64,000 bases of DNA from an uncultured Bacilli bacterium (GCA_947628435.1 CANQZW010000002.1:18079-82078), one strand, 5' to 3'. Counted from the first letter of the stretch, positions 47,157 through 58,535 are shown. The notes: generated by a model not told the origin, from the sequence alone. Numbers and translations are program-made.

Positions 47157-47834
47157 ATGGGTCAAAAAGTTAATCCTGCAGGTTTAAGACTTGGTATTAA
47201 CAAGGATTGGACTGCTAAATGGTATGCACCAAGTAAAGATTTCTCTAAAACTTTACAAAGCGACATGAAAATTCGTGATTTCTTAAATAAGAAGTTAAAG
47301 AATGCAGCAGTTTCTTCTATAACAATTGAAAGAAGTAACAAAAAAACAGAAGTTAAAATTAATACTGCAAAACCTGGCGTTGTTATTGGACATGGTGGAG
47401 AAGAAATCGAAAAACTAAAAAATAGTTTAAATAAATTAGTTGGTGAAGAAGTTCAAATTTCTATAATAGAAATAAAGAATCCTGATTTGGATGCTAAACT
47501 AGTGGCTAATGCAATAGCAAACCAAATAGAAAACAGAGGTTCATATAGAATGGCTCAAAAAAGAGCTATTAGAAATACGATGAAAGCTGGAGCAAAGGGT
47601 ATTAAAACTTTGTGTTCTGGACGTTTAAACGGAGCAGAAATTGCTCGTAGTGAAGGTTATAATGAAGGTACTACGCCTTTACATACTTTAAGAGCAGACA
47701 TTGATTATGCGACGGCTGAGGCTGATACTACTTATGGTAAGATTGGTGTTAAAGTATGGATATATAAAGGTGAGATACTTCCTTCTAAGAAGAAAAATGG
47801 AGGTGCTAGCGATGTTAATGCCAAAAAGAACTAA
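47157..47834 (+). CDS. rpsC: 30S ribosomal protein S3
   Basis: [15 protein letters not shown] domain, [12 protein letters not shown]. Confidence 0.97.
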   Translation: MGQKVNPAGLRLGINKDWTAKWYAPSKDFSKTLQSDMKIRDFLNKKLKNAAVSSITIERSNKKTEVKINTAKPGVVIGHGGEEIEKLKNSLNKLVGEEVQISIIEIKNPDLDAKLVANAIANQIENRGSYRMAQKRAIRNTMKAGAKGIKTLCSGRLNGAEIARSEGYNEGTTPLHTLRADIDYATAEADTTYGKIGVKVWIYKGEILPSKKKNGGASDVNAKKN

Positions 47835-48243
47835 ATATCGTAAACCTCATAGAATTTATCACGAAGGAAAATCAAAAGGAAATACGAAGGTTACTTTTGG
47901 TGAGTATGGTTTGATGGCAAAGGAAGGAGCTTGGATTACTGCACAGCAAATCGAAGCTGCCCGTGTTGCTATGACTCGTTATATGAAACGTGGTGGTATG
48001 GTATACGTTAATATCTTCCCACATCTTTCATTAACAAAAAAACCACTTGAAACTCGTCAAGGTAAAGGTAAAGGTAATCCAGAAAGTTGGGTTGCAGTTG
48101 TAAAAGAAGGAAAGATTATGTTTGAGGTATCAGGAGTATCTGAGGAGGTTGCTCGTGAGGCACTTAGACTTGCAATGCACAAATTACCAATTAAATGTAA
48201 GTTTGTGACAAAAGAAGATGGTGGTGAGAAAAATGAAGGTTAA
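47812..48243 (+). CDS. rplP: 50S ribosomal protein L16
   Basis: ATG 47812 ([11 protein letters not shown]) behind GGAGGTG. The track ORF start at 47701 is an in-frame read-through of the rpsC 3' end. Confidence 0.95.
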   Translation: MLMPKRTKYRKPHRIYHEGKSKGNTKVTFGEYGLMAKEGAWITAQQIEAARVAMTRYMKRGGMVYVNIFPHLSLTKKPLETRQGKGKGNPESWVAVVKEGKIMFEVSGVSEEVAREALRLAMHKLPIKCKFVTKEDGGEKNEG

Positions 48244-48424
48244 GGAAATAAGAGAGCTAACCACTGAGCAGATTGAAGCTAAGATAGTAGAAGCTAAAGA
48301 TGAAATATTTAATTTACGTATGCAGCAAGCTACTGGAAATTTAGAAAAACCTTCAAGAATACATGAATTAAGAAAGGACGTTGCTAGAATGAAAACTATT
48401 TTAGCTGAACGTCGCGAAGCTTAA
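48233..48424 (+). CDS. rpmC: 50S ribosomal protein L29
   Basis: [18 protein letters not shown]...LRMQQATG. Confidence 0.95.
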   Translation: MKVKEIRELTTEQIEAKIVEAKDEIFNLRMQQATGNLEKPSRIHELRKDVARMKTILAERREA

Positions 48425-48436
48425 GGAGGTTTACTA

Positions 48437-48694
48437 ATGGAAAAGACAAAGCATGAAGTTATAGGTAAAGTCGTAAGTGCTAAAAATAATAAAACAATTA
48501 CGATTTTAGTTGAAACTTATAAAACGGATCCAAAATATGGTAAGCGTGTTAAATATTCTAAGAAATATGCAGTGCATGATGAAAATAATCAAGCTAAAGT
48601 AGGAGATATTGTTAGGGTTGTATCTACAAAACCATTATCAAAAACAAAAAGATTTAGTTTGGTAGAAATAGTAGAAGAAGCCGTAATTTTATAG
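48437..48694 (+). CDS. rpsQ: 30S ribosomal protein S17
   Basis: [17 protein letters not shown]...[12 protein letters not shown]. Confidence 0.95.
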   Translation: MEKTKHEVIGKVVSAKNNKTITILVETYKTDPKYGKRVKYSKKYAVHDENNQAKVGDIVRVVSTKPLSKTKRFSLVEIVEEAVIL

Positions 48695-48725
48695 GCACTT
48701 TACAAATAAGAAGGAGGAAACATTT

Positions 48726-49094
48726 ATGATTCAACAACAAAGTCGTTTAAAAGTTGCTGATAATTCTGGAGCTCGAGAACTAATGGTTATAAGGGTTCTT
48801 GGTGGAAGTACTCATAAAACAGGAAACATCGGTGACATCGTAGTTGGAACAGTAAAAAAAGCAACTCCAAATGGTAATATATCAAGCGGTAAAGTCGTAA
48901 AAGCGGTTATCGTTAGAAGTAAATTTGGAATGCGCAGAGATGATGGTTCTTATATCAAATTTGATGATAATGCTTGTGTTATTATTAAAGATGATAAGAC
49001 ACCAGTTGGAACAAGAGTTTTAGGTCCAGTAGCACGCGAATTACGTGATAAAGATTTCATGAAAATTGTATCGTTAGCAAAAGAAGTGTTATAG
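48726..49094 (+). CDS. rplN: 50S ribosomal protein L14
   Basis: [16 protein letters not shown]. Confidence 0.97.
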   Translation: MIQQQSRLKVADNSGARELMVIRVLGGSTHKTGNIGDIVVGTVKKATPNGNISSGKVVKAVIVRSKFGMRRDDGSYIKFDDNACVIIKDDKTPVGTRVLGPVARELRDKDFMKIVSLAKEVL

Positions 49095-49116
49095 GCCTTT
49101 TAAGGAGGAAAAAATC

Positions 49117-49422
49117 ATGAATTTAAAAGTTGGAGATAAAGTAATTGTTATTGCTGGTAAGGACAAAGGAAAAGAAGGAAAAATTGTTGCTAAGAAAGGT
49201 GATAAGGTTTTTGTTGAAGGAGTTAACATTGTAAAAAAACATGTTAAACCTAACGGACAAGATCAAGTCGGTGGAATAGTTGATAAACAGGCCGCTATTC
49301 ACGTTTCAAATGTTATGATTATTGATCCAAAAACGAAAAAACGTACCAGAATAGCAAAGGAAATAAATAAAGACGGAAATAAAGTTAGAGTTTCTAGCAA
49401 GTCAAAAAATAAATTAGACTAA
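49117..49422 (+). CDS. rplX: 50S ribosomal protein L24
   Basis: KVGDKVIVIAGKDKGKEGKI (KOW). Confidence 0.95.
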   Translation: MNLKVGDKVIVIAGKDKGKEGKIVAKKGDKVFVEGVNIVKKHVKPNGQDQVGGIVDKQAAIHVSNVMIIDPKTKKRTRIAKEINKDGNKVRVSSKSKNKLD

Positions 49423-49440
49423 CCTGGAAGGAGGGTAACT

Positions 49441-49980
49441 ATGAACAGTTTAAAAGAACAATATATAAAGGAAGTTGTTCCTGAATTAACTAAAAAATAT
49501 AATTATACTACTGTCATGGCTGTACCAAAGTTAGAAAAGATTGTAGTTAATATGGGTGTTGGAGATGCAACTGTAAATAGTAAATTATTAGATGTTGCAG
49601 TATCTGAACTTGAAAAGATAACTGGACAACAACCGGTTATTACAAAGGCTAAAAAGTCGGTAGCTGGTTTTAAGGTAAGAGAAGGTCAAGCTATTGGATG
49701 TAAGGTTACACTTCGCGGAGAAACTATGTATACTTTCCTAGAGAAACTTGTTAAAATCGTATTACCTCGTGTACGTGATTTTAGAGGTATATCACCAAAA
49801 GCTTTTGATGGAAGAGGAAATTATACACTTGGAATAAAAGAACAAACAATATTCCCAGAAATAGTTTATGATGAAGTTGTAAAAGTACGTGGTATGGACA
49901 TTGTTTTTGTTACAACTGCAAAAACAAACGAAGAAGCATTAGACTTATTAAAAGGATTTGGTTTACCTTTTAAGAAGTAA
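49441..49980 (+). CDS. rplE: 50S ribosomal protein L5
   Basis: [13 protein letters not shown]..., [17 protein letters not shown]. Confidence 0.97.
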   Translation: MNSLKEQYIKEVVPELTKKYNYTTVMAVPKLEKIVVNMGVGDATVNSKLLDVAVSELEKITGQQPVITKAKKSVAGFKVREGQAIGCKVTLRGETMYTFLEKLVKIVLPRVRDFRGISPKAFDGRGNYTLGIKEQTIFPEIVYDEVVKVRGMDIVFVTTAKTNEEALDLLKGFGLPFKK

Positions 49981-49996
49981 GCAAGGGAGGAATATA

Positions 49997-50182
49997 GTGG
50001 CAAAGAAAAGTATGGTTGTAAAACAAAGAAGACCAAAAAAATATAAAGTACAAGAATATACTCGTTGCAACAGATGCGGTCGTCCACATTCAGTAATGAA
50101 AAAGTTTGGTATCTGCCGTATTTGCTTTAGGGAGTTAGCTTATAAAGGAGAAATCCCTGGAGTTAAAAAGTCAAGTTGGTAA
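49997..50182 (+). CDS. rpsN: 30S ribosomal protein S14 type Z (zinc-binding, 61 aa)
   Basis: GTG 49997 behind [15 protein letters not shown]...[13 protein letters not shown]...[11 protein letters not shown]...W. Confidence 0.93.
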   Translation: MAKKSMVVKQRRPKKYKVQEYTRCNRCGRPHSVMKKFGICRICFRELAYKGEIPGVKKSSW

Positions 50183-50211
50183 GAGTAGAAGATACGAAAA
50201 GGAGGATTCAT

Positions 50212-50610
50212 ATGTCAGTAACAGATCCAATCGCGGATTTACTTACGCGTATTCGTAATGCAAATCAAATGCGTTATAATGAAGTAGTTGTTCCTTCATC
50301 TAATGTTAAGTTAGAAATAGTTAAGATATTAAAAAATGAAGGTTATATTGAAGACTACAAAGAAGAAAAAGATAATGTTCAAGGTAATATTAACATTACT
50401 TTAAAATATGGAAAAAATAAAGAAAGAGTAATTTCTGGTTTAAAAAGAATTTCTAAACCAGGACTACGTGTGTATGCTAAAGCTGAAGAAATTCCTATGG
50501 TTTTAAATGGACTTGGGATATCTATTGTTTCAACATCAAAGGGAATTATGACTGGTAAGGAAGCTAAAAAGCAAAACCTAGGTGGAGAAGTTTTAGCATA
50601 TGTATGGTAA
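50212..50610 (+). CDS. rpsH: 30S ribosomal protein S8
   Basis: ATG 50212 ([17 protein letters not shown]). Confidence 0.95.
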   Translation: MSVTDPIADLLTRIRNANQMRYNEVVVPSSNVKLEIVKILKNEGYIEDYKEEKDNVQGNINITLKYGKNKERVISGLKRISKPGLRVYAKAEEIPMVLNGLGISIVSTSKGIMTGKEAKKQNLGGEVLAYVW

Positions 50611-50633
50611 TTCAAACAAGGAGGGACTAAAAG

Positions 50634-51173
50634 ATGAGTCGTATTGGAAATAGAGTATTAACGGTTCCAGAAAATGTTACCGTAACTAATGAAAATGGAT
50701 GCATCACTGTAAAAGGACCTAAGGGAGAATTATCATTAAACTTAGACTCAAATATAAATGTCTTAGTAGAAGGTAACGAAGTTAAGGTTACAAGAAACAG
50801 TGAAATAAAAAAAGTAAAGCAAATGCATGGAACTACAAACGCCTTAATTGCAAATATGATTAAAGGTGTTAAAGATGGTTATGAAAAGGGACTTGAAATT
50901 ATTGGTGTTGGTTATCGTTTTAACGTAAAGGGTAAAACCTTAGAAATAAACGCTGGATATTCACACAAAATTGAACTAGAAATTCCTAATAACTTAACCG
51001 TTGAAAGTGTAAGTGCAACTGAAATAACAGTAAAAGGTATAGATAAAGAAGCAGTAGGAAAGTTTGCTGCTGAAATAAGAGAAGTTAGAAAACCAGAACC
51101 TTATAAGGGTAAAGGTATCCGTTATAAAGGTGAATATGTTCGCCGTAAAGAAGGAAAGAAAGCTTCTAAATAA
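50634..51173 (+). CDS. rplF: 50S ribosomal protein L6
   Basis: MSRIGNRVLTVPENV...GVGYRF... Confidence 0.97.
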   Translation: MSRIGNRVLTVPENVTVTNENGCITVKGPKGELSLNLDSNINVLVEGNEVKVTRNSEIKKVKQMHGTTNALIANMIKGVKDGYEKGLEIIGVGYRFNVKGKTLEINAGYSHKIELEIPNNLTVESVSATEITVKGIDKEAVGKFAAEIREVRKPEPYKGKGIRYKGEYVRRKEGKKASK

Positions 51174-51194
51174 TAGGAAAGGGAGATTATTACA

Positions 51195-51557
51195 ATGATT
51201 AATAAAACATCACGTAATGAAGCTCGTAAAGCTAGACATGCCAGAATAAGAAACAAGGTATATGGTACTAGCGAGTTACCAAGATTATGCGTATTTAGAT
51301 CTTTAAAAAACATAAGTGCTCAAATTATTGATGATACTAAAGGTATTACTTTAGTTAGTGCAACATCTTTAGATAAAGATTTAAATATTAAAAATGGTGG
51401 TAACATAGAGGCAAGTAAGCTTGTTGGAGCTTTAGTTGCAAAGAAAGCAAAAAAAGCTAAAATTAGTAAAGTAGTATTCGATAGAGGTGGATACTTATAT
51501 CATGGACGTGTTAAAGCACTTGCAGATGCTGCACGTGAAAATGGATTAGAATTCTAA
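51195..51557 (+). CDS. rplR: 50S ribosomal protein L18
   Basis: [13 protein letters not shown]...PRL.VFRS.K.I.AQ.IDD; [24 protein letters not shown]. Confidence 0.97.
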   Translation: MINKTSRNEARKARHARIRNKVYGTSELPRLCVFRSLKNISAQIIDDTKGITLVSATSLDKDLNIKNGGNIEASKLVGALVAKKAKKAKISKVVFDRGGYLYHGRVKALADAARENGLEF

Positions 51558-51571
51558 AGGAGGGTAACAAA

Positions 51572-52081
51572 GTGGAAAAAAGAAATAGCAAACCACGCGA
51601 AAAAGAATATAACGAATCAGTTATTTCTGTTAATCGTGTTACAAAAGTTACCAAAGGTGGACGTCGTCTTCGATTTGCAGCAACTGTTGCAGTAGGAGAT
51701 GGAAAAGGAAAGGTTGGTCTTGGAACTGGTAAAGCAAACGAGGTTCAAGACGCTATCAAAAAAGCAATTGGTAATGCTACTAACAATATAATTAAGCTAG
51801 ATTTAGTAGAGAAAAGAACTGTTTCTCATGATGCTATTGGTACGGCAGGAGCTGCAAAGGTTTTAATTAAACCTGCAAAGGCTGGTACTGGTATTATAGC
51901 TGGTGGTTCAGTTCGTGCTATCCTAGAGTTAGCAGGAGTTAAAGATATTATTTCAAAATCACTTGGATCTAATACAAAATTAAATACCGCAAGAGCAACG
52001 ATAGAAGCTCTAAAATGTCAAAAATCAGTTGAGCATATCGCTGAGTTAAGAGGAAAATCTAAAGAGGAGATTTTAGGATAA
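51572..52081 (+). CDS. rpsE: 30S ribosomal protein S5
   Basis: GTG start. [33 protein letters not shown]. Confidence 0.95.
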   Translation: MEKRNSKPREKEYNESVISVNRVTKVTKGGRRLRFAATVAVGDGKGKVGLGTGKANEVQDAIKKAIGNATNNIIKLDLVEKRTVSHDAIGTAGAAKVLIKPAKAGTGIIAGGSVRAILELAGVKDIISKSLGSNTKLNTARATIEALKCQKSVEHIAELRGKSKEEILG

Positions 52082-52524
52082 TGAAGTTAAATGAGTTAAA
52101 ATATAACGAAGGTTCTAAAAAGGATATCAAAAGATTAGGTCGTGGTTCTAGTAGCGGTACTGGAAAGACAAGTGGTAAAGGACATAAAGGACAAAACGCT
52201 AGAAGTGGTGGAGGAGTAAGACCAGGATTTGAAGGTGGGCAATTACCTTTATATAGAAGACTTCCAAAGCGTGGATTTTCTAACGCAATGTTTAAAAAGA
52301 CATATGTTGTTATAAATGTATCAGATTTAAATATGTTTGAAGATGGTACGGTTGTAACTCCTGAATTATTAAAAGAAATGGGAGTTATAAAAAAGAAATT
52401 ATCAGGTGTAAAAATTTTAGGTAACGGAAGTATTGAAAAGAAATTAACTGTTAAAGCAAACGTATTTTCTTCTGTTGCAAAACAAAAAATAGAAACTGCA
52501 GGTGGAAAAATAGAGGTGATTTAA
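52081..52524 (+). CDS. rplO: 50S ribosomal protein L15
   Basis: MKLNELK...[47 protein letters not shown]. The ATG shares one nt with the rpsE stop (TAATG), so no rpmD lies between them. Confidence 0.97.
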   Translation: MKLNELKYNEGSKKDIKRLGRGSSSGTGKTSGKGHKGQNARSGGGVRPGFEGGQLPLYRRLPKRGFSNAMFKKTYVVINVSDLNMFEDGTVVTPELLKEMGVIKKKLSGVKILGNGSIEKKLTVKANVFSSVAKQKIETAGGKIEVI

Positions 52525-52525
52525 G

Positions 52526-53797
52526 ATGTTTAAAGTAATTAAACAAATCTTTGCACCAAGTAACAAAGATATAAGAAATAAAATTTTATTTACTCTTCTT
52601 ATATTGTTTATATATAAAGTAGGTACATCTGTTAGGGTACCAGGTACCCAAAACATAACGCAAGACTTAGGATTTTTGGAGTTATTAAACGTAATGGGTG
52701 GTGGTTCTCTTAAGAATTTCTCGATATTTGCATTAGGTGTAACCCCATACATTAGTGCTTCGATAATTACACAATTACTTCAGATGGATATTATTCCTTA
52801 CTTTTCTAATCTTGCAAAAGAAGGACATACAGGAAGAGTAAAATTAAATAAAATTACCAGATACTTAGGAATAGTACTTGCATTTTTACAAGGACTTATA
52901 ATGTCTTTTTCGTTCCTTGGAGATGGTGCAACAGCAATTGAATATTTAAGAGTCTCTCTTATTTTAACAGCTGGTACTTGTTTCTTATTATGGTTAGGTG
53001 ACCAAATTACTAGAAAAGGTGTAGGAAATGGTATTTCTATGCTTATTATGGCAGGTATTTTAATAAGTACACCATCTATGATGGTTGATGCGTTTGGATC
53101 ATTTGTTGTTTCTGGTTCTGTTCAGGAAGTAGCTTTTGGAGTAACTAAGTTTATTTTGTTCTTATTAGTTTATATAGCAATAATAGTTGGGGTTGTATTC
53201 ATTGAAAAATCTGAAAGAAGAGTTCCAGTGCAATATTCTAATCGTACGTCAACTGCTTATGGAGCAAAGCAAACTTATATTCCATTTAAATTAAATTCTG
53301 CTGGTGTAATGCCTGTTATATTTGCTTCTAGTTTAATTTCAATACCATCTCTTATTGCAGCGTTTATAAAAAATGATAATTTTTCACTTTTTATAAATAA
53401 ATATATAAGTTATAATACGATAACAGGATTTATATTATACATATTATTAATAATTGTATTTACTTATTTGTATACTTTCATGGCTTCTGGTTTAAAGCCA
53501 AAGGAATTAGCAGAAAATCTTAATAAAAATGGTGGATATATTCCTGGTGTAAGACCTGGTAATGAAACTAAAAATACTATTAGTAAAATATTATCAAGAA
53601 CTACTTTTTTAGGTGCAATATTTCTAATCATAATTGCTGGATTACCAATATTAGTTTCAAATTTTAGTAGTTTACCTACTAATGTTACGGTTGGTGGAAC
53701 TGGATTGTTAATAGTTGTTGGAGTTGCACTTGAAACTTATAATCAAATAGAAAGCACGTTATCTGCAAGAAGATATGAAAGGGGTTATCGTAAGTAA
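52526..53797 (+). CDS. secY: Preprotein translocase subunit SecY
   Basis: 423 aa, ten TM helices. FALGVTPYISASII.QLL, GDQIT..G.GNG.S. Confidence 0.97.
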   Translation: MFKVIKQIFAPSNKDIRNKILFTLLILFIYKVGTSVRVPGTQNITQDLGFLELLNVMGGGSLKNFSIFALGVTPYISASIITQLLQMDIIPYFSNLAKEGHTGRVKLNKITRYLGIVLAFLQGLIMSFSFLGDGATAIEYLRVSLILTAGTCFLLWLGDQITRKGVGNGISMLIMAGILISTPSMMVDAFGSFVVSGSVQEVAFGVTKFILFLLVYIAIIVGVVFIEKSERRVPVQYSNRTSTAYGAKQTYIPFKLNSAGVMPVIFASSLISIPSLIAAFIKNDNFSLFINKYISYNTITGFILYILLIIVFTYLYTFMASGLKPKELAENLNKNGGYIPGVRPGNETKNTISKILSRTTFLGAIFLIIIAGLPILVSNFSSLPTNVTVGGTGLLIVVGVALETYNQIESTLSARRYERGYRK

Positions 53798-54450
53798 TGA
53801 AAAATATTATATTTTTAGCACCGCCTGCTGCGGGTAAGGGAACATTATCCGAAATGCTAGTAGAAAAATATGGTTATTGTCATATATCTACTGGTGATTT
53901 GTTAAGAGAAGAAATAAAAAACGGAACTGAAATTGGTAAGCAAGCTGAAAGTTTAATGAAGGATGGAAAGTTTGTTTCTGATGATGTTATAATTGAACTT
54001 ATTTCTAATCGTATAACAAAAAAAGATTGTGAAAATGGATACATATTAGATGGTTTTCCAAGAACGCTTAATCAAGCTTTAAAATACGATGAATTACTAA
54101 GTAAATTAAATAAAGATTTAGGTGTTGTAATTTATATAGACATTGATAAACAATTAGCTATGAATCGTGCTTGTTCAAGGATAACTTGCCCTAAGTGTGG
54201 ACGTATATATAACAAGTATTCAAATGAAATGAAACCAAAACAAGAAGGTATGTGTGATGATTGTGGCGTTTTGTTAACACAAAGAGCTGATGATAGTGAA
54301 CAAACCTTTATAAACAGATTTGATGAATACGTAAATAAAACAATGCCACTTTATGATTATTATAAAAATAAAGGGGTATTAAAGGTTATAAAGTCACATG
54401 AAAGTAAGTATGAAACTTTTGATGAAGCTATTAAAGTAATAGAAGATTAA
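53797..54450 (+). CDS. adk: Adenylate kinase (zinc-lid type)
   Basis: PPAAGKGT P-loop, ISTGDLLR, GFPRT; lid CPKCGRIY...CDDCG. Confidence 0.97.
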   Translation: MKNIIFLAPPAAGKGTLSEMLVEKYGYCHISTGDLLREEIKNGTEIGKQAESLMKDGKFVSDDVIIELISNRITKKDCENGYILDGFPRTLNQALKYDELLSKLNKDLGVVIYIDIDKQLAMNRACSRITCPKCGRIYNKYSNEMKPKQEGMCDDCGVLLTQRADDSEQTFINRFDEYVNKTMPLYDYYKNKGVLKVIKSHESKYETFDEAIKVIED

Positions 54451-54461
54451 GAAGGTTAAAT

Positions 54462-55208
54462 ATGATAAGTATTAAATCAAAAAGAGAAATTGAGTTAATG
54501 GTTATTGCGGGTAGTATTGTTTATCAAACTCACCAATATTTAAAACCTTTTATAAAGCCTGGAATAAGCTTGTTAGAACTTGACGCTTTAGCAGAAAAGT
54601 TTATAATAAGTAAAGATGCAATTCCATCTTTTAAAGGATATGAGGGATTTCCTAACGCAACTTGTATATCAGTTAATGAAGAGGTTGTACATGGAATACC
54701 ATCAAAAAGAAAGTTAAAAAAGGGTGATATTGTATCAATTGATATTGGTGCTAATTATAAAGGGTATCATGGAGATTCAGCATGGACATATGCTGTTGGA
54801 GATATAGATGATGATAAAAAATGGTTAATGCAGCATACGAAAAAAGCATTGTATGAAGGCATAAAGGTTGTTAAACCAGGTGCTAGAATTGGTGATATTG
54901 GTTATGCAATAGAACGTTATGCTAAGGCTCATAATCTTGGGATTGTAAGGGAGTTATGTGGTCATGGTGTTGGTAATGATTTACATGAGGATCCTGATGT
55001 TCCTAATTATGGTTTGTTGCATACTGGACCTATCTTAAAAGAGGGAATGGTAATAGCAATAGAGCCCATGCTTAATTTAGGTAGTGATGATATCGTAGTT
55101 GAAGATAATGACTGGACAATAACGACTTTAGATAAGAAACCATCAGCACATTTTGAGCATACGGTTTTAGTTACTAAAGACGGTTATCAGATATTAACGG
55201 GAGAGTGA
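54462..55208 (+). CDS. map: Type I methionyl aminopeptidase
   Basis: VVHGIP, DIG....GYHGD, HG.G...HE, EPM, FEHTV. Confidence 0.95.
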   Translation: MISIKSKREIELMVIAGSIVYQTHQYLKPFIKPGISLLELDALAEKFIISKDAIPSFKGYEGFPNATCISVNEEVVHGIPSKRKLKKGDIVSIDIGANYKGYHGDSAWTYAVGDIDDDKKWLMQHTKKALYEGIKVVKPGARIGDIGYAIERYAKAHNLGIVRELCGHGVGNDLHEDPDVPNYGLLHTGPILKEGMVIAIEPMLNLGSDDIVVEDNDWTITTLDKKPSAHFEHTVLVTKDGYQILTGE

Positions 55209-55213
55209 TTTAA

Positions 55214-55429
55214 GTGGCTAAGGAAGACGTAATAGAAGTTGAAGGAAAAGTAGTTGAACTTCTTAAAGGCGGAGATTTTAAAGTTTTATTAGAAAACGGA
55301 CACACTGTTGAAGCTCGCGTTTCTGGTAAAATGCGAATGAATAAAATTCGTATCTTACCAGGTGATACAGTTGTTTTAGAAATTTCGCCTTATGATTTAA
55401 CACGTGGGCGTATAACCTATAGAAAATAG
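55214..55429 (+). CDS. infA: Translation initiation factor IF-1
   Basis: GTG start. [12 protein letters not shown]...[26 protein letters not shown]. Confidence 0.97.
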   Translation: MAKEDVIEVEGKVVELLKGGDFKVLLENGHTVEARVSGKMRMNKIRILPGDTVVLEISPYDLTRGRITYRK

Positions 55430-55443
55430 TAGGAGGAATAAAT

Positions 55444-55557
55444 ATGAAAGTTAGACCATCAGTAAAAAAAATCTGTGATAAATGTAAAATAATTAAACGT
55501 AATGGGAAAGTAATGGTTATTTGCGAAAACCCAAAACATAAACAAAGACAAGGATAA
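55444..55557 (+). CDS. rpmJ: 50S ribosomal protein L36 (37 aa; too short for the ORF track)
   Basis: Hand translation gives [37 protein letters not shown] with TAA at 55555-55557. RBS AGGAGGA at 55431-55437. Confidence 0.93.
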   Translation: MKVRPSVKKICDKCKIIKRNGKVMVICENPKHKQRQG

Positions 55558-55573
55558 TAGGAGGTGTAAGTAA

Positions 55574-55939
55574 ATGGCACGTATAAAAAACGTTGACTTA
55601 CCAAATGAAAAAAGAATAGAAGTTGCTTTAACTTACATTCATGGTATTGGTAGAAAGTTATCAAGAAAAATTTTAACAAAGTTAAATATAAACCTTGATA
55701 CAAAAGCAAAGGATTTAACTGAAGAAGAAATTTCTAAGATCCGTAAGGAACTTGATAATTACTTGCTTGAAGGTGATTTAAGAAGAGAAGTTTCTATTAA
55801 TATTAAAACAAAAATGGAAATAGGTTCTTATCAAGGCATTCGTCATCGTAAGGGATTACCTGTAAGAGGACAATCTACCAGAAGTAATGCTAAAACTCGT
55901 AAGGGTAGAGGTAAAACCGTAGCAAATAAGAAGAAGTAG
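55574..55939 (+). CDS. rpsM: 30S ribosomal protein S13
   Basis: [22 protein letters not shown]. Confidence 0.97.
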   Translation: MARIKNVDLPNEKRIEVALTYIHGIGRKLSRKILTKLNINLDTKAKDLTEEEISKIRKELDNYLLEGDLRREVSINIKTKMEIGSYQGIRHRKGLPVRGQSTRSNAKTRKGRGKTVANKKK

Positions 55940-55957
55940 GAAAAAGGAGGGTAAATA

Positions 55958-56341
55958 ATGGCTTATAAAGCAAGAAAACGTAAGGTTAAAAAGAATATTC
56001 CTGAAGGACAAGCTCATATCCACTCAACTTTTAATAATACTATTGTAACAATTACTGATAAGGAAGGTAACGTAGTATCATGGGCAACAAGTGGAACTTC
56101 AGGTTTTAAAGGAAGTAAAAAGAAAACTCCATTTGCTGCTGGAATGAGTGCTGAGGCAGCTGGAAAAGCAGCGTATGATTCTGGCATGAGAAAAGTAGAT
56201 GTTTTTGTAAAAGGTTTAGGATCAGGTAGAGAAACTGCAATTCGTTCTTTACAAACTGCAGGATTAGAGATTCTTTCAATTACAGACGTAACACCAGTAC
56301 CACATAATGGTTGTCGTCCACCAAAACGTCCACGTGGATAA
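55958..56341 (+). CDS. rpsK: 30S ribosomal protein S11
   Basis: [18 protein letters not shown]...W.SG...FKGS.K.TPFAA; ...[14 protein letters not shown]-like end. Confidence 0.97.
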   Translation: MAYKARKRKVKKNIPEGQAHIHSTFNNTIVTITDKEGNVVSWATSGTSGFKGSKKKTPFAAGMSAEAAGKAAYDSGMRKVDVFVKGLGSGRETAIRSLQTAGLEILSITDVTPVPHNGCRPPKRPRG

Positions 56342-56365
56342 TTTTAAAAAAGGGAGTGATTTTAG

Positions 56366-57316
56366 GTGATAAAATTCGAAAAACCACAATTCAAAGTTTC
56401 TGAATACGTAGAAAGTAGAAACTATGGAAAATTTGAGATTGAACCTTTAGAAAGAGGATTTGGTACAACTCTTGGAAACGCACTTAGAAGGGTAATGCTA
56501 TCATCATTACCAGGAGATGCTATAACAAGTGTTCATATTGACGGTGTTCTTCATGAATTTCAAACTATTGACGGAGTTATAGAAGACGTAACACAAATAA
56601 TATTAAATTTAAAGAGTGTAGTTGTTAAAAATTATTCTAATACACCTAAGACTATTAAGTTAAGTGTAAGTAAAGAAGGAGTAGTTACTGCAGCAGATAT
56701 ACAAAAAGATGCTGATATAGAAATAATTAATCCTGATCAAGAAATAGCTACTTTAGTTAAAGGTGGAAAACTTAATATGGAAATGACCGTAAGTAATGGT
56801 CGTGGATATGTAAGAGCAGAGGCTAATAAAAAGATGTTAGAGGATGCTAAGCTAAATACTATTGCAATGGATTCAAATTTCTCACCAATAGAAAGAGTTA
56901 ATTATGAAGTAGAAGCTGCACGTGTTGGTCAAGATGATACCTATGATAAATTAACCATGGAGGTATGGACTAGTGGTTCTATGAAACCAGAAGAAGCTAT
57001 TGCTTTGGCATCTAGAATAATAATAGAGCACTTTGAAATTTTAACTAAGTTAGATGAAATAGCAGATGAGACAGGTCTTATGAAACAAAACGTAGATGAT
57101 TCTAAAACAAAGGCATTAGAAATGTCTATTGATGAATTAGAATTTTCTGTAAGAGCTTATAACTGTTTAAAAAGAGCTAACATTAATACGTTACAAGATT
57201 TAACTCAAAAATCTGAAAACGAAATGATGAAAATTCGTAACTTAGGTAAAAAGTCACTTAAAGAAGTAATTGATAAAGTTAAAGAGATGGGATTCTCATT
57301 TAGAAATGATGACTAA
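56366..57316 (+). CDS. rpoA: DNA-directed RNA polymerase subunit alpha
   Basis: GTG start. GKFEIEPLERGFGTTLGNALRRVMLSSLPG; C-terminal domain ELEFSVRAYNCLKRANI.TL.DL. Confidence 0.97.
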   Translation: MIKFEKPQFKVSEYVESRNYGKFEIEPLERGFGTTLGNALRRVMLSSLPGDAITSVHIDGVLHEFQTIDGVIEDVTQIILNLKSVVVKNYSNTPKTIKLSVSKEGVVTAADIQKDADIEIINPDQEIATLVKGGKLNMEMTVSNGRGYVRAEANKKMLEDAKLNTIAMDSNFSPIERVNYEVEAARVGQDDTYDKLTMEVWTSGSMKPEEAIALASRIIIEHFEILTKLDEIADETGLMKQNVDDSKTKALEMSIDELEFSVRAYNCLKRANINTLQDLTQKSENEMMKIRNLGKKSLKEVIDKVKEMGFSFRNDD

Positions 57317-57335
57317 AAAGTAAGGAGGAATAACA

Positions 57336-57680
57336 ATGGCTTATAGAAAATTAGGACGTACAAATAAACATAGAAAATCTATGCTTGCTAACTTAACAAA
57401 AAACCTAATTAAAAATGAACGTATTGAAACAACTGAAACTCGTGCTAAAGAAGTACGTAAATGTTTTGATAAAATGGTTACATATGGTAAAAATGGTAGC
57501 TTAATTTCTAGACGTAATGCACTTGCTTTCTTACATAATGATGAGGTAGCAGTTAAAAAAGTATTTGATGAACTAGCTAAACGTTATGAAAATAGAAATG
57601 GTGGTTATACTAGAATACTTAAATTACAAGAAAGAAAAGGCGACGATGCATTAATGGTTGTCTTAGAATTAGTTGATTAA
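57336..57680 (+). CDS. rplQ: 50S ribosomal protein L17
   Basis: [19 protein letters not shown]...L...ERIETT..RAKE.R. Confidence 0.97.
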   Translation: MAYRKLGRTNKHRKSMLANLTKNLIKNERIETTETRAKEVRKCFDKMVTYGKNGSLISRRNALAFLHNDEVAVKKVFDELAKRYENRNGGYTRILKLQERKGDDALMVVLELVD

Positions 57681-57702
57681 AAACCTATTTTTAGGTTTTT
57701 TT
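57681..57702 (+). terminator. Rho-independent terminator ending the S10-spc-alpha cluster
   Basis: AAACCTA tttt TAGGTTT, followed by a T-run. Confidence 0.65.
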
Positions 57703-57788
57703 AAATATCTTAATATATATAAGTAATATCACCTATAAAAATTTGTATTAAATAATATTTAATGTGTTATAATTATTATGGTGATAGT

Positions 57789-58535
57789 ATGAAAGCATTA
57801 ATAACAGGTGCATCTAGTGGTTTAGGGAAAGATTTTACTATAAAGTTAAGCAAAATGGGATATGACGTAATATTGGTTTCTAGAGATGAAGAAAATTTAA
57901 AATCAGTTGCAAGTCTTTGCAAGACAAAAACTTACATTGAACCACTAGATTTATCAAATATAGATAACTGTAAGAATTTATTTAATAAGTACCCTAACGT
58001 AGATATATTAATAAATAATGCTGGTTTTGGTTTGTTTGGTAAATTCTGTGATACTAATATAGATAAAGAAATAAACATGATAGATTTAAACATAAAAGCT
58101 GTTCATATGCTCACTAAATTATATTTAAAACAAATGATGAAGAAAAATTCTGGAAAAATACTTAATGTAGCATCTTCTGCAGCTTTTTTACCAGGACCCT
58201 TAATGGCAACGTATTATTCTTCTAAATCTTATGTTTTAAAGCTTACGCTGTCTATTTATGAAGAATTACGAAGATCTAAATCAAACGTTAAAGTATCCGT
58301 TTTATGTCCGGGACCCGTTAAAACAAACTTTAATAACGTAGCGGGTGTTAACTTTGCTGTAAAAGGACTTTCTAGTAATTATGTAGCAAAATATACAATT
58401 AAAAAAATGTTTAAAAATAAGTTAATAATAATACCTGGTTTTATAAATAAAATAAGCTCTATTGGCTGCAAGATATTGCCAGTTAAGTTATTAGCTAGAA
58501 TTGATTATAATATTCAAAGTAGAAAGGAAAAATAA
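57789..58535 (+). CDS. Short-chain dehydrogenase/reductase (SDR) family oxidoreductase
   Basis: ATG 57789 (MKALITGASSGLGK). NNAG, catalytic YYSSK (YxxxK). TGTTATAAT at 57765-57773. Confidence 0.85.
   Translation: MKALITGASSGLGKDFTIKLSKMGYDVILVSRDEENLKSVASLCKTKTYIEPLDLSNIDNCKNLFNKYPNVDILINNAGFGLFGKFCDTNIDKEINMIDLNIKAVHMLTKLYLKQMMKKNSGKILNVASSAAFLPGPLMATYYSSKSYVLKLTLSIYEELRRSKSNVKVSVLCPGPVKTNFNNVAGVNFAVKGLSSNYVAKYTIKKMFKNKLIIIPGFINKISSIGCKILPVKLLARIDYNIQSRKEK

Noticed and set aside
47701-47811. N-terminal 37-residue extension of rplP in the ORF track
   Set aside because: L16 begins [11 protein letters not shown] at ATG 47812 behind GGAGGTG. The extension is an alternative-frame read-through of the rpsC 3' end.
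55278-55709. 143-aa minus-strand ORF spanning infA, rpmJ and the start of rpsM
   Set aside because: It overlaps three highly conserved genes on the opposite strand and has low-complexity F/L/Y content. It is a shadow ORF.
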